A stretch of 62,349 nucleotides of DNA, the filler included, from Scyliorhinus canicula (Eukaryota): the NCBI RefSeq assembly GCF_902713615.1. It is 4 parts of 4 records of this genome, joined end to end, with 100 filler letters (N's around TTAATTAATTAA, not from the genome) between each part and the next. Parts side by side here need not be neighbours in the genome. Positions count along the whole stretch, not along the records: positions 24,259 to 45,027 come from NW_024055498.1; 3 more parts are not named here. One strand, 5' to 3'. Both the position numbers and the translations under genes were made by a program. Below, piece after piece: positions 24,260 through 37,516 of this stretch. The notes under the pieces are model-generated. The model saw only the letters and a list, made by a program, of their open reading frames with translations. It made no database searches and was not told the DNA's origin. Numbering within the stretch: position 1 is the stretch's first letter; every line of letters begins with the position of its first letter.

Positions 24260-27200
24260 GGAATCATCACTCAGCCACGGTCACTCACTCGCTCACTCAC
24301 TCGCCCTCACTCGCCTATCTTCACTCATTCACTTACCCTCACCTGTCTTCACTCATTCACTTACACTCACTCGCCATCACTCATTGACCCTCGCGCACAC
24401 ATCCTCAATGATAAACCTTTCCTTAACGACGCTCACACACACCCTCTCACCGACGGTCACTCACTCATCCTCACTCACCCACCCTCTCTGACACATTCTC
24501 AATCACCCACGCTCACTCACGCACCCTCCTTGACATACCATCACTCACACACACACCCTGACACACACACACTCGCCCAACGTCCCTGACACACTCTCAC
24601 CCACCCACCCTCCCTGACACACTCTCACCCACCCACCCTCCCTGACACTCTCACTCACCCACCCTCCCTGACACACTCTCACTCACCCACCCTCCCTGAC
24701 ACACATACGCTCACCCACCCTCCCTGACACACTCTCACTCACCCACCCTCCCTGACACACTCTCACACACCCACCCTCCCTGACACACTCTCACTCACCC
24801 ACCCTCCCTGACACACACACACTCACCCACCCACCCTGACACACTCTCTCACCCACCCTCCCTGACACATTCTCACTCACCCACCCTCCCTGACACATTC
24901 TCACTCACCCACCCTCCCTGACACACTCTCACTCACCCACCCTCCCTGACACAGTCTCACTCACCCACCTTCCCTGACACACTCACACTCACCCACCCTC
25001 TCTGACACACCCTCACTCACCCGCCCTCACACACCCTCATTCAGTAACACACCCTCACTCACTACCTCACCCACACTCACCTTCACTCACTCACCTGCCC
25101 TCACTCACCCACCCTACCTGACACACTCTCACTCACCCACCCTCCCTGACACACTATCACTTACCCATCCTCCCTGGCACACTCTCACTCACCCACCCTC
25201 CTTGACACACTCTCACTCACCCACCCTCCCTTACACACTGTCTCTCACCCACCCTCCCTGACACACACTCACCCACCCTCCCTGACACACTCTCACTCAC
25301 CCACCCTACATGACACACTCTCACTCACCCACCCTCCTTGACATACTCACACTCACCCACCCTCCCTGACACACACACTCACCCACCCTCCCCGACACAA
25401 TCTCACTCACCAACCCTCACTGACACACTCTCACTCACCCACCCTCCCTGACACACACACGCACCCCCACCATCACTGACACATTCTCACTCACCCACCC
25501 TCCCTGACACACTCTCACTCACCCACCCTCCCTGACACACTCGCACTCACCCATCCTCCCTGACACACTCACTCACTCACCCACTCTCACTCACCCACCC
25601 CCCTGACACACTCTCACTCACCCACCCACCCTGACACACACACGCACCCCCACCATCACTGACACATTCTCACTCACCCACCCTCCCCGACACACTCTCA
25701 TTCATCAACCCTCCCTGACAGACTCTCACCCACCCACCCTCCCTGACACATTCTCACTCACCCACCCTCCCTGACACTCTCTCACTCACCCACCCTCCCT
25801 GACACACTCGCACTCACCCATCCTCCCTGACACACTCACTCACTCACCCACTCTCACTCACCCACCCTCACTGACCCACCCACCCTGACACACTCTCACT
25901 CACACACCCTCACACACCCTCCCTGACACACTCTCACTCACCCACCCTCCCTGACACACTCTCACTCACCCACCCTCACTCACCCACCCTCCCTGACACA
26001 CACGCACTAACCCGTCCTCCCTGACACTCACTCACTCACCCACCCTCACTCACCCACCCTCACTCACACACCCTCACTCACACACCCTCCCTGACACACT
26101 GTCACTCACCCACCCTCACTCACCCACCCTCACTCACACACCCTCACTCACACACCCACCCTGACACACTGTCACTCACCCACCCTCACCCACCCACCCT
26201 CACTCACACACCCTCCCTGACACACTTTCACCCACCCACCCTCCCTGACACACCCTCACTGACCCACCCTCCCTGAAACACTCTCAGTCACCCATGCTCC
26301 CTGGCACACACTCACTCACCCACCTCACACCCACCCTCCCTGACACACTCTCACTGACCCATCCTCCCTGACATACTATCACTCACCCATCCTCCCTGAA
26401 ACACTCTCACTCACCCACCCTCCTTGACACACACTCACTCACCCACCCTGACACACACACACACTCACCCACCCTGACACACTCTCACTCACACACCCTC
26501 ACACACACACCCTCACTCTCCTACCCTCACTCACACGCCCTCACACACACACGCTTACCCATCCGCATTCAACATCACTCACTCACCCTCATTGACTCGT
26601 TCTTACATGCCCAACCTAACTCATAACCCTCAATCACACACCCTCACCCACTCCCACTCGCTCACCTACCCCTATTCACTCACCCACCCTCACTCATTCC
26701 CACATACCCTCATTCAGTAACCCACCCTCACTTACACATTCTCGCTCCCCCTCACTCAAATACCATCACCCACCCTAATTCGGCCACACTCACTCCCTCA
26801 CCCTCCCACCCACCATCGCACTCTAATCCTCCCTCACTCACCCAGCCTCACCTATTCACCCTCACTTACAAAGACTGGCACCCACCCTCTTTCACACGCC
26901 TTCACTCACAGATCCTCACTCACACACCCTCACTCATCCACATTCCCTCATACACCCTTATTCAGCCACCCTCACCAGACGCACCCACCCTCTGTCACCC
27001 ACTACCACTCACTCTCATTTACTCCCTCACCCTCACTCACTCTTACTCACCCACATTCACTCATTCACGCACCCTAATTCACCCTCACTCACACACCCAA
27101 ACTCATTCACTCACACACCCTCATCCACCCACATCCATCCCCTCACTCACCCTCACTCACTCAACCACCATCACACATATACCCTCGCTCACCCACCCAC

Positions 27201-27490
27201 ACTCATTCTCCGCCACTCACACACCCTGACGCACCCGCCCATCCTCACTGACCGTCACTGACTCTCACTACACAACCTCACTCACCCAGCTTCGCTCATT
27301 CTCTGCGTCTCACTCACTCTCCCTCACCCACCCTGACTCATTCGGCCTCGGTGCCACAGCCTCGCCCATTTACCCTCACTCAGTCACTCACCCCTGATCT
27401 CTCACTTATCAACATTCATACATCCTCAATCACCCAACTCACTCACCCACACTCATTCCCCTACCCTCACTCGGTTACTCACTCATCCTT
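24260..27490 (+). repeat. C/A-rich satellite upstream of Cmu copy 2
   Basis: Same 28-bp unit as 1380-8045. Confidence 0.95.
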
Positions 27491-27544
27491 TCTCACGCAT
27501 GCTCAGGAGCGAGAACTGAAGACAAGTGGCGCTCGAATGTGGCT

Positions 27545-27970
27545 GCATGACACGGGATTGCCGGGAGCCGGAGGAAAGTGCAGAGAGCCGGGGGAAGGGG
27601 CAGAGAGCCGGAGGAAAGTGCAGAGAGCCGGGGGAAGGGGCAGAGAGTCGGGGGGAAGTGCAGAGACCGGAGGAAAGTGTAGAGAGCCGAGGGAAAGCGC
27701 AGAGAGCCGGAGGATAGTGTAGACAGGTGGAGGAAAGTGTAGAGAGCCGGGGAAGGGCAGAGAGCCGGGGGAAAGCGCAGAGAGCCAGGAGAAGGCACAG
27801 AGAGCCGGGGGAAGGGGCAGAGAGCCGGAGGAAAGTGCAGAGAGCCGGGGGATGGTGCAGAGATCCGGGGGAAGGCGCAGAGAGCCGGGGGAAGGGGCAG
27901 AGAGCTAGGGGAAGTGCAGAGAGTCTGGAGAAGTGTAGAGAGCCGTGGGAAGGCGCAGAGAACCGGAAGA
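27545..27970 (+). repeat. G-rich satellite upstream of Cmu copy 2
   Basis: gcagagagccgggggaagg units; shorter than in copy 1. Confidence 0.92.
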
Positions 27971-28243
27971 AAGTCCATGGAGTGGGCGATAAGCGATAAG
28001 AATCGGGGTAAAGCGCACAGTGCTAGCGAAGGGCTCAAAGGGCCCGCGGAATGTGTCAGGAACCGGGAAAAGCCCAAAGAACTGGGAAAAGTGCAGCGCA
28101 CATGGGAAAACACAATGAGCCGGAAAAAAATGCAAAGTCGAGGGAATGCAAAGACAGGCGGAGTGTGGAGTTAACAGCACAATCAGGATCTTATTGAATG
28201 GGGGAGTAGGCTCGACGGGTAGAATGGCCGACTCCCGCTGTTC

Positions 28244-28444
28244 ATGTTCAATTTTAGCATGGCCAATCCACCTAACCCACACATCTTTGGACTGTGGGAG
28301 GAAACCGAAGCACCCGGAGGAAACCCACGCACACACGGGGAGGACGTGCAGACTCCACACAGACAGTGACCCAGCTGGGAATCGAACCTGGGACCCTGGA
28401 GCTGTGAAGCATTTATGCTAACCACCATGCTACCGTGCTGCCCC
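28244..28444 (-). mobile_element. HE1-like SINE, specific to copy 2
   Basis: Reverse-complement core; the homologous site near 10210 is empty. Confidence 0.82.
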
Positions 28445-28608
28445 GCTGTCTATGGTATTTTTCAAGCAAAGTCACTACTCTCTGGTTTGGGGAGTGGGGG
28501 TAGATTGGTGGAGAGAGGAGGGGGCATCAGTCAGTTTGAACAAAGGGAATTTCCCAAAACTGCAAAGATACAAATGAAGAGGCAACTTCTTTATCACAAA
28601 GTGCTGTT

Positions 28609-29102
28609 GATTGTGACGTACACAGGTCAGTTAGCTGGATTGTGACGTACTCAGCTCAGTTAGCTGGATTGTGACGTACACAGCTCAGTTAGCTGAATTA
28701 TGACGTGCACAGCTCAGTTAGCTGGATTCTGACGTACACAGCTCAGTTCGCTGGATTGTGACGTACACAGCTCAGTTTGCTGGATTGTGACGTACACAGC
28801 TCAGTTAGCTGGATTGTGACGTACACAGCTCAGTTAGCTGGATTGTGACGTACACAGCGCAGTTAGCTGGATTGTGACGTACACAGCTCAGTTCGCTGGA
28901 TTGTGACGTGCACAGCTCAGTTAGCTGGATTGTGACGTACACAGCTCAGTTCGCTGGATTGTGACGTACACAGCTCAGTTTGCTGGATTGTGGCGTACAC
29001 AGCTCAGTTAGCTGGATTGTGACGTACCCAGCTCAGTTTGCTGGATTGTGACGTACACAGCTCAGTTAGCTGGTTTGTGACGTACACAGCTCAGTCAGCT
29101 GG
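28609..29102 (+). repeat. 29-bp AGCT/CRE-like minisatellite, about 17 copies
   Basis: Same unit as 10450-11256. Confidence 0.97.
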
Positions 29103-29602
29103 GCAGCTGGTTCGTAATGAGGAGCGATCCGAACAGCGCGGGTCCAATTGCTGCACCGGCTGGTTTATTCATAAAGACCCCCATTCTCAACCTTGCCCCT
29201 AGCCTGAGGTGTGGTGACCCTCACGTTAAATCACCATCAGTCCGCTCTCAGAAGGAGAGAGCAGTCTCCGGGACTATGGCCTCATTCCCGTTTTATATTA
29301 CATGGTGGCTGAAATAATGGGGAAAACGCTCTGCTCCTCTCTTTCAACCCAATGAAAGTTACACCATTCAGATTACATCAAAATGTGTTTCTTTCGATAG
29401 AGATGGAGAAAGAAATGTGGGTTTCTAAAGAGGGGGCAAAAAGTAGGTGAATCCCAACGATAGAACTGATTGAAGATTCAATGTGGATGTATGATTAAAT
29501 CGGTAAATGTTAGGATAGTACGAGTCAAATTATGAAATGCTTGGTTACTTATAAATCACGAATACCAGAGTCTAACATGTTGGATCGGCCATTCTCTCCC
29601 AG

Positions 29603-29902
29603 CGACACCGTCTCCGCCCACTCTCTACAGCCTGGTCTCCTCCTGCCAGCAACACAACACCGACGGCTCCGTAACCGTTGGCTGTTTGGCGATGGACTAC
29701 TCCCCAGAAATCACCAGCCTTACCTGGAAGAAAGATGGGCAGCTGATCACCAACGGAGTTAAGAAATATCCGTCAGTGAGAAACAAGAAGGGAACCTACA
29801 CCCTGAGCAGCCAGTTAACCATCACCGAGTCAGAGGGGGGATGCAGCAAAATCAGGTGTGAGGTTCGACACAGCGGCTCAGCCAAGAGTATTGAAATACC
29901 AT
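29603..29902 (+). CDS. IGHM: Cmu1 exon, copy 2
   Basis: ag|CG ACA CCG TCT...CCA T|gtaagt, 300 nt. Confidence 0.95.
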
Positions 29903-32900
29903 GTAAGTATTGTGGAACCTGTGACAAACAGAACCGCTTTGATTATTTTATTTACAACTTTGGTTATTTATGATACATTTATGGTACTCTGCATAGTTCT
30001 GATTCTTGGCGAAAAATATTGACTGCAGATAAACAGTTAAAACATAATAAATCATTTTAATTGTTACAAGATCTTCTGCAAGAAATGTTAACTTGTGTTT
30101 TGAAGGTGGTGGAACTGACATCCATCCAAATGTTCTCCTCACCGTGAGTTCCAATGAAGAAATCTCAAGACAGAAATTTGCAACCATCGTCTGTTCAATC
30201 AACGATTTCCGTCCAAACTCAATTAACGTGAAGTGGCTGAAGAATGGACAACCCATGGGTTCAGGAATTGTCACCTCTCCCGCCTGTGAAGTGAACGGGA
30301 ACTTCTCGGCGAGCAGTCGGCTGACAGTCTCAGCTGGGGAATGGTTCAGCAAAGCGGTCTATACCTGCCAGGTCACTCATCAAGAGGTCACCCAAAGTCA
30401 CAACGTCACCGCGTCTGGTAAGAGACACAAACAGGAAACAATAAATCATCCTGCACTCTGATGTTAACCCAAATCAGGAATTTACTGAAGTTAGTACAAA
30501 TCACAGAATAATTTCTAATTTACTGCCATGTAGTTTGTGTTTCATTCTGATGTCAGAGCTGCATTAGGGCTGCTCACCATTCAGGATATTACCAGAACAG
30601 CAAAGAATGTTTCCCTCTACTTTTAGATCATTTAGTGAGTGAGGTGGACTTGATATCAGTTTTATTCCGAAACAGCTGATTATATTTCAGATGCAGTGGG
30701 TGCCTTGAATCCTTTATTGATAACGGCTCCGGGGGAAAGTGTTCAAACGTTCATCCAACCTATTTATAAATTAGCGTTCAAGACTGTGTTCCAGAGATCG
30801 GGAATTATGAATCGCATTGGGAATGCTGCAATACTGATTCATTAAAATGATACCGTGGCTAAACGACTTTCACAATAATGGTTAGCACTGAGGCCTCACA
30901 GTGCCTGGGACCCGGTTCGATACTGACGCCGGTTGACTGTGTGGGGTTTACACCTTCTCCCCGTCTCTGCACGGGTTTCCTCCAGGTGCTTTGATTTCCT
31001 CCCACAGGCAAATACGTACAGGTTAGGTGAATTGGTCATGCTGAATTGTCGCTGAATGTCGAAAGATTAGGTGGGGTTGTGAGGCTAGGGTGGGGGAATT
31101 GTCCTAGGTAGAGTGCTCTTTCGAGGGTCGGTGCAGACTCCATGGGCCGAATGGTCCTCTTCTGCACTGTAGTAATCTATGATTCTATAATGGCATTGGC
31201 AGAACACGCTGGTTTTCTTTTGTATATCGAAGATTAAAGGCGGTCTTCAGAGGTTGATATTTCGAAGTTGCTTTATTCCCATTTAGAGAGTGAAGGCTGA
31301 ATCCTGCTGTCCTGATTATGAAGCTGAAACTTGGTTAATTTTCATGTTTTCAATCACAGATTCTTCCGTTTGCACTGATGCCTCAGTAACAATACTGCCA
31401 CCATCAATAGAACAGGTCTTACTGGAGGCGACTGTAACCTTAACCTGCGTCATTTCGAATGCTCCTTATGGAGTCAACGTGTCCTGGAGTGAAGCGAAGA
31501 AGCCGCTGAAATCAGAGATTGCCGACCAGCCTGGGGCAGATACTGAGAGCGTGGTCAGCAAATTAAACATCTCCACACAAGCCTGGCTGAGTGGGGCTGT
31601 GTTTGACTGTGTGGCGAGCCATCAGGACCTGCCAACTCCTTTAAGAATTTCAATCCACAAAAAAATAGGTGAGCAGTGAGACTGAAGCAATAAGTGAGTC
31701 ATTGTGTCTATTTCTAGTGTCAGTGCAGCGGTCAGTATTTAGCATTCAGTGTATTTATGGTCCATTCTGATTGGTAATTCCACTAACTAAATACTCTCGG
31801 CATTTAGAGTTTAAGGGGGAAATTGATATGCAGATGAATGAACAATGAATTAAACCCAGTGATATTGGGTTTAGATGGAGCGAGACCATAGACCACAAGA
31901 CTTAGGAGCAGATGTAGGTCATTGGGCCCATCAACACCGGCCCAGCCTTCAGTGAGGTCATGACTGATCTGATGTGATAATCTTCAACTCCTCTTTCCCG
32001 CCTTATCCTCATATCTCTTGACGCCTTTACTGATTTAAAATATGTCTCTCTCAACCTTGAACGTACTGAACAACCCAGATTCTACAGCCCCCTGCGTTAA
32101 ATAATTCCACAGCTTCGCTACCCTCTGAGAGAGGTAATTCCTTCTCATTTCTGTCTTAAATGGGCGAACCCTTATTTTGTGATCCTGCACGCCGCTCCGA
32201 GACGCTCCCACAAGGGAAAACAACCTCTCAGCGTCTATCATAAGAAGTTCCCGGAGAATCTTTCATGTCTCACTTAGGTCGCATTAATTCTTCTAAACTC
32301 CAGTAAGTACAACCCAACCTAGTTAACCTCAGCTCATAAGAAAATCCCTCCATACTCGGGATCAGCCTCGTGATCCTTCTCTGGACTGCCTTCAAAACCA
32401 ATCTGTCTTCCTCAGATAAGGGCAACAAAATTATCCAAAGTGTATCAGGTGTAGTCTAACTAATGCCTTGTATAGTTTTAGCCAGACTTCCCCATGTTTA
32501 TATTCGATTCCCTTTTAAATAAATGTCAACATTCAATTTGCCTCCATATTACCTGCAGAATTTGCTTTTTGTAGTTTCTGCACGAGGACCCCCAATTCCC
32601 CCGTTACTTCAGCTTCCTGCAGCCTTTCTCCATCTAAATAATATTCCGTTATGTTCTTCCTCCTACCAAAGTGGCTAACCTCACATTTTCCTACACCATA
32701 TTCCATCTGCCAAGTTTTTGCTCAGTAACTTAAGCTGTCTCTGTCCCTCTATGGATTTTCTGTGATCCTCACCACTTGCCTTTCTATCTATTTTTGTAAC
32801 TGCAGCCATGGCAATAGTACATTCACTTATTAAACGGAGTTTTTTAATTCATGTATATGACAAATACTGGCTCTCCTTTCTCTAACCTGCTCGTTACCAC

Positions 32901-35900
32901 CGCAAAGAATTGTAATACATTTGTCAGGCATGATTGACCTTCACAAAGCCGCGCTGACTCTGCTTAATTATATTCTGTATGTCTAAATGTTCAGCTATCA
33001 AGGTCACTGGCCTATAGTTACCGGATTCTGACTCCCTTCCCTTTTGAATAAGGGTGTTACATTGGCAGTTTCCCAATCCTTTGGGAGTAAGGTGGGAGGA
33101 GCCTGCTGTGGAGTTTATACACCAGTACAGAACAGACGGACCGAATGGCCTGTTTCCCTGCTGTACACTTTCTGAAACTTTCGAATCCAATATCCGTAAA
33201 TTCTCAGGGAAAAGGATTGTGCCCACCTCTGCTCCGAGCTGGGAACCGGGACAGATCCCAATGTGGAAAATGGAAACCTTTAAAATCCAACACAAAACAC
33301 ATTTCTCTCACATCTAACCCGCGGTTCCATTGTCTCCGGAATTCCCCATTTTATTGACATTTATTGTACATTTTCTGCAGATCCCAATCCGCGGGAACCG
33401 TCCGTCTCTGTCCTCCTGCCCTCGGCTGAAGACGTCTCCGCTCAGAGATTCGTCTCCCTTAGCTGCTTAGTGAGAGGTTTCTCCCCCCGAGAGATCTTCG
33501 TCAAGTGGACCGTCAATGACAAGCCGGTGAATCCCGGGAACTACAAGAACACCGAGGTGATGGCGGAGAACGGCAATAGCTCCTTCTTCATGTACAGCCT
33601 GTTATCCATTGCAGCGGAGGAGTGGGCCAGCGGCGCTTCTTACTCCTGTGTGGTGGGACATGAAGCCATCCCCTTGAAGATCATCAACAGAACGGTTGAT
33701 AAATCCAGCGGTAAACCCAGTTTTGTGAACATTTCCCTCGCTCTGATGGACACCGTTAATTCATGTCAATGAGAATCTATTGGTTATATTTTGAACTAAA
33801 ATAAAAAGAATAAAGGTTTTTTCCTCCAATTGTGATTTAAATACACAGCCGCTGAATTAATGGTGCTTCCACTTTGCTGATATTAGATCTGTTCAATGAG
33901 ACCCGGATTTCTACAGGTCTCAGCCCCAAGTCTGATACAACCAGAGCTCCCAGCTCTGATACACCCTGGGTTAGAGACAGAGTAAAACTCATTCATTCCA
34001 GGATTCAGCAAAATATCTTCATTGACTTTCCTCCCACTGAGGAGAAATCGGACAATTTCCCATTTCAGGCAGACAAACCCATCACATTTAGATCTCGGTG
34101 TTCCTGCTTCTCTCATTGTCCATCCCTTTAAAATGGAGATGCCGGCGTTGGACTGGGGTGAGCACAGTAAGAAGTCTTACATCACCAGGTCCAACAGGGT
34201 TGTTTCAAACGCGACCTTTCGGAGCGCAGCTCCTTCCTCAGGTGAATGGAGAGGTATCATCCAGGAACATTTATATAGACAAAGTCAGAGATGCCGGACA
34301 ATGCTTGGAATGCGAGCATTTGCAAGTAAATTGGATTCATGTCGCATTACATCCACCCCCCACAATCAGGCCTGGACTTGCAAAATTCCACCAACTGTTC
34401 TGGCTTGAGACAATTCACACCTCTTTAACCTGTGATTATCCCTCTCCCTGGATCTAATGATTTGATTACCTGCAAATGCTCGCACTCCAAGCATTGTCCA
34501 GCATCTCTGACTTTGTCTATATAAATGTTTCTGGAACATACCTCACCATTCACCTGAGGAAGCAGCTGCGCTCCGAAAGCTCGTATTTGAAACAAACCTG
34601 TTGGACTTTTACCTGGTGTTTTAAAATTAATGTCAGCTTTAAGTTGCTGTATCACACACACTGGGAACTGAATTGAGGATCAAACAGAAACATGGACCAA
34701 CAATCCCCAGTCAAAGAGAGGGGAAAGTGAAATTGTTAATCCACTGTACCCCCACTTCACCAACAGAGAGAGCGGGAGGGGTTTTAGTTAATCCACTGTA
34801 CCCCCACTTCACCAATAGAGAGAGGGGGAGGGGCTTTAGTTAATCCACTGTTCCTCCACTTCCACAACAGAGAGAGGGGTAGGGTCATTAGTTAACACAC
34901 TGTGTCCCCACTTCCCCAAAAAAGAGACGGTGGGGGCTGAGTTAATCCACTGTTCACCCGCTTCCAACAATGAGTGGAGCGGCATTATTTAATCCACTAT
35001 ACCCACACTTCCCCAACAAAGAGAGCAAAGGGGCAATAATAACCCATTTTACCTCCACTTTCCAGACCAAAAGAGGAGGAAGGTCCTGAATGAACTCTCT
35101 GTATCTGCACCTCCAGCAGGGAGAACCCAAAGGGAATTTGCTGAGCTGACCAGAGAGGGAGATTATTAACTCAATATCTTCCCAGTCCCCAAACAGGGAG
35201 TTTGGAAGTAAACGGTTCTCTAGACTAAGAATTCAGTTACTGACATTACAAGACACCATGTAGCTCACTGGTGGCTGAAGGGTTTAAAAGACCATCATGA
35301 TCAAAATGTTCCTAAAGTATCTATTTATGCAACAGAATTCCTTTAACACCCTTGTTCCTCTTATCCGTTTGCTGAGACCGATTCCCCATAATCCAAATCC
35401 AGACTGGTGATTGAATTCTCCCTGGGTTTTCACTGTTCTCTCCTGAGGCACCTCCTGGTATTTTTGCATTAGGTCACCTGATGTCAGCTTGCAACTCACA
35501 GAAAACACATTTATAAGCAGAAAGTTCAACATATTCTACATCGGTATCAATAATACCCACAACTGGCAAAGCTACAGGCAGCTGATGCAAATACACAGAC
35601 AGATAAACAAACACAGACACTACACATACATGTACACAGACCCACAAACACACACACGCTCACACGTGGACACAAACACACACATAGACACACATAGAAA
35701 CACATGCGTTAACATACACCCAGGCCCAACGAACCACATATTTTGACACAAAAACACACGCAAACGTGCGCACAAAATTACAAGCATGCACATAAACACA
35801 AAGCACACATTTATACACACACAGACACACGTGCACATCCACACATAGACACACAAATCCACACTCACAAGCGGCTACACAAATGTATACAAACAGACAC

Positions 35901-37516
35901 ATACAACCACATGTCCACACAGATACACAAACATATAAAACCAGACAAGCAGGCTGACAGAAGAATATGAAACACAAATGTAACCAATAACATTTACATT
36001 GGCAGAATTTCACGATGACAGAAATATTTCCATTCAAACAGAGACAATAATCCACATTAACACACTAATGGGCTCACATGGACACATATTAGCATACCCA
36101 TACACATGCTGGCACAAACACACGTTAGTGCTCACAGAGGCATCAATGCACATCAATAGATAGTTATAAACAACCATCAACGCATAAATAGCTCTGCTGC
36201 CGCACAGCGCCATAAACTTGGGTTCAATTCCAGCTTTGGGTGACTGTGGTGTTCCCACGTTCTCCGGTGTCTGTTCCTGTTTCCTCCGGTGCTCTGGTTT
36301 CCTCCCACAGTCCAAAGATGAGCAGGTTCGGTGGATTGGCCAGGCTATATTACCCCTTAGTGCCCACAACGTTAGGTGGGGTTACCAGGTTCTGGGGACA
36401 GGGCAGGGGCATGCGTCCAGGTAGAGTGCTCTTTCGGAGGGTCGGTGCAGACTCAATGGGCCGAATAGTCTCGTTCGGCACAGTCGGGATTATATGATGA
36501 TGATTCTATGATTAAATACACGCATCAACAAACACACACACACACAAACGCACTTATCCAGACACAAACATTAAGACCCTGACATGCATGTTGAACGTAT
36601 AAAGACACATTAACACTTTTATTACTGGGCAGGGAACTATAAACTTATATTAACACAGGCATTAATATATAAACATAGACTTCAACACACAAACACACAC
36701 AATAAAACCCTCATATATACACATTGACTTAAGATAAATTTACACACAGGCGCTGACACACAAATACACAGATCAATACTCATTGACACATGAACACACA
36801 CAATGACACTTATAAAGGCATCGGGACACACAAATGAAGAGTAAAGAAACACGAATTTCGCATCTACACAGACACAAAAGCGAAAGAACAAACACAGACG
36901 TCAGGCAAGGAGGGCACGGTGACGCAATGGTTAGCACTGCTGCCTCAGGATCCCGCTCCTGGGTCTCTGTCCCAGTGGAGTATCCCCGTGACCCGTGGGT
37001 CTCACCCCGACAACCCAATGATGCGCAGGCTCGGTGGATTGCCCGTGTTAAATTGCCCCTTAATTGGAAGAAAAAAATTAGAGAGATCGATTTCCGAGTG
37101 TCATGAACTCAACAGTAGATATGCAATGACAAATATATTAAAGAATGAATTAGCAGCGGGAGAAAATGAAACAAGAATATTAAAAACAAAACGTGTATTA
37201 ACAAACAATCTGATTATATTTATTCGGCTCTATTCCCGTAGATAACACAGACCACACCTGGACTGAAGACGATGAGGATGATAACGGCAACATCTGGACA
37301 ACCGCTTCCACATTCATCACCCTGTTCTTCCTGAGCATTTCCTACAGCGCTGCAGTCACTCTGGTGAAGGTGAGAAGATTCAATCCACTCACACATCAAA
37401 CTGACAGAAGCTGTTTAAAAGCACTAAATGTTTGATTGATTAAAAACTCTAACATCAATGTCCCAGATCATAAACATCGGCTTCATCATTTTCTCTCTCT
37501 TTTACAGATCAAGTGA
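29603..37516 (+). CDS. IGHM: IgM heavy-chain constant region, copy 2, intact
   Basis: Same exon structure and phases as copy 1; no stops or frameshifts. Confidence 0.96.
30106..30417 (+). CDS. IGHM: Cmu2 exon, copy 2
   Basis: aag|GT GGT GGA...TCT G|gtaaga, 312 nt. Confidence 0.94.
30870..31190 (+). mobile_element. HE1-like SINE in the CH2-CH3 intron, specific to copy 2
   Basis: ggttagcactg...cacagtgcctgggacccggttcga head; absent from the copy 1 intron near 13040. Confidence 0.78.
31360..31668 (+). CDS. IGHM: Cmu3 exon, copy 2
   Basis: cag|AT TCT...ATA G|gtgagc, 309 nt. Confidence 0.95.
31880..32720 (-). mobile_element. Degraded CR1-type LINE 3' fragment in the CH3-CH4 intron (homologue at about 13735-14830)
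   Basis: Minus-strand remnant ...[25 protein letters not shown]..., typical of the CR1 ORF2 C-terminus. Confidence 0.75.
33381..33772 (+). CDS. IGHM: Cmu4 exon plus secretory tailpiece, copy 2 (membrane-form donor after 33710)
   Basis: Differs from copy 1 by one residue (LSCL vs LNCL); tail ...DTVNSCQ*. Confidence 0.96.
33800..33805 (+). terminator. Polyadenylation signal, secreted IgM copy 2
   Basis: AATAAA at the homologous position. Confidence 0.75.
34130..34625. mobile_element. Palindromic non-autonomous element (Penelope-derived/MITE-like), specific to copy 2
   Basis: Inverted arms at about 34180-34325 and 34468-34620; tttaaaa on both sides, single at the empty site near 16230. Confidence 0.7.
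37242..37369 (+). CDS. IGHM: IgM TM1 exon, copy 2
   Basis: tag|AT AAC...GTG AAG|gtgaga; [35 protein letters not shown]. Confidence 0.95.
37508..37516 (+). CDS. IGHM: IgM TM2 exon, copy 2 (IK*)
   Basis: tacag|ATC AAG TGA. Confidence 0.9.
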   Translation: MK

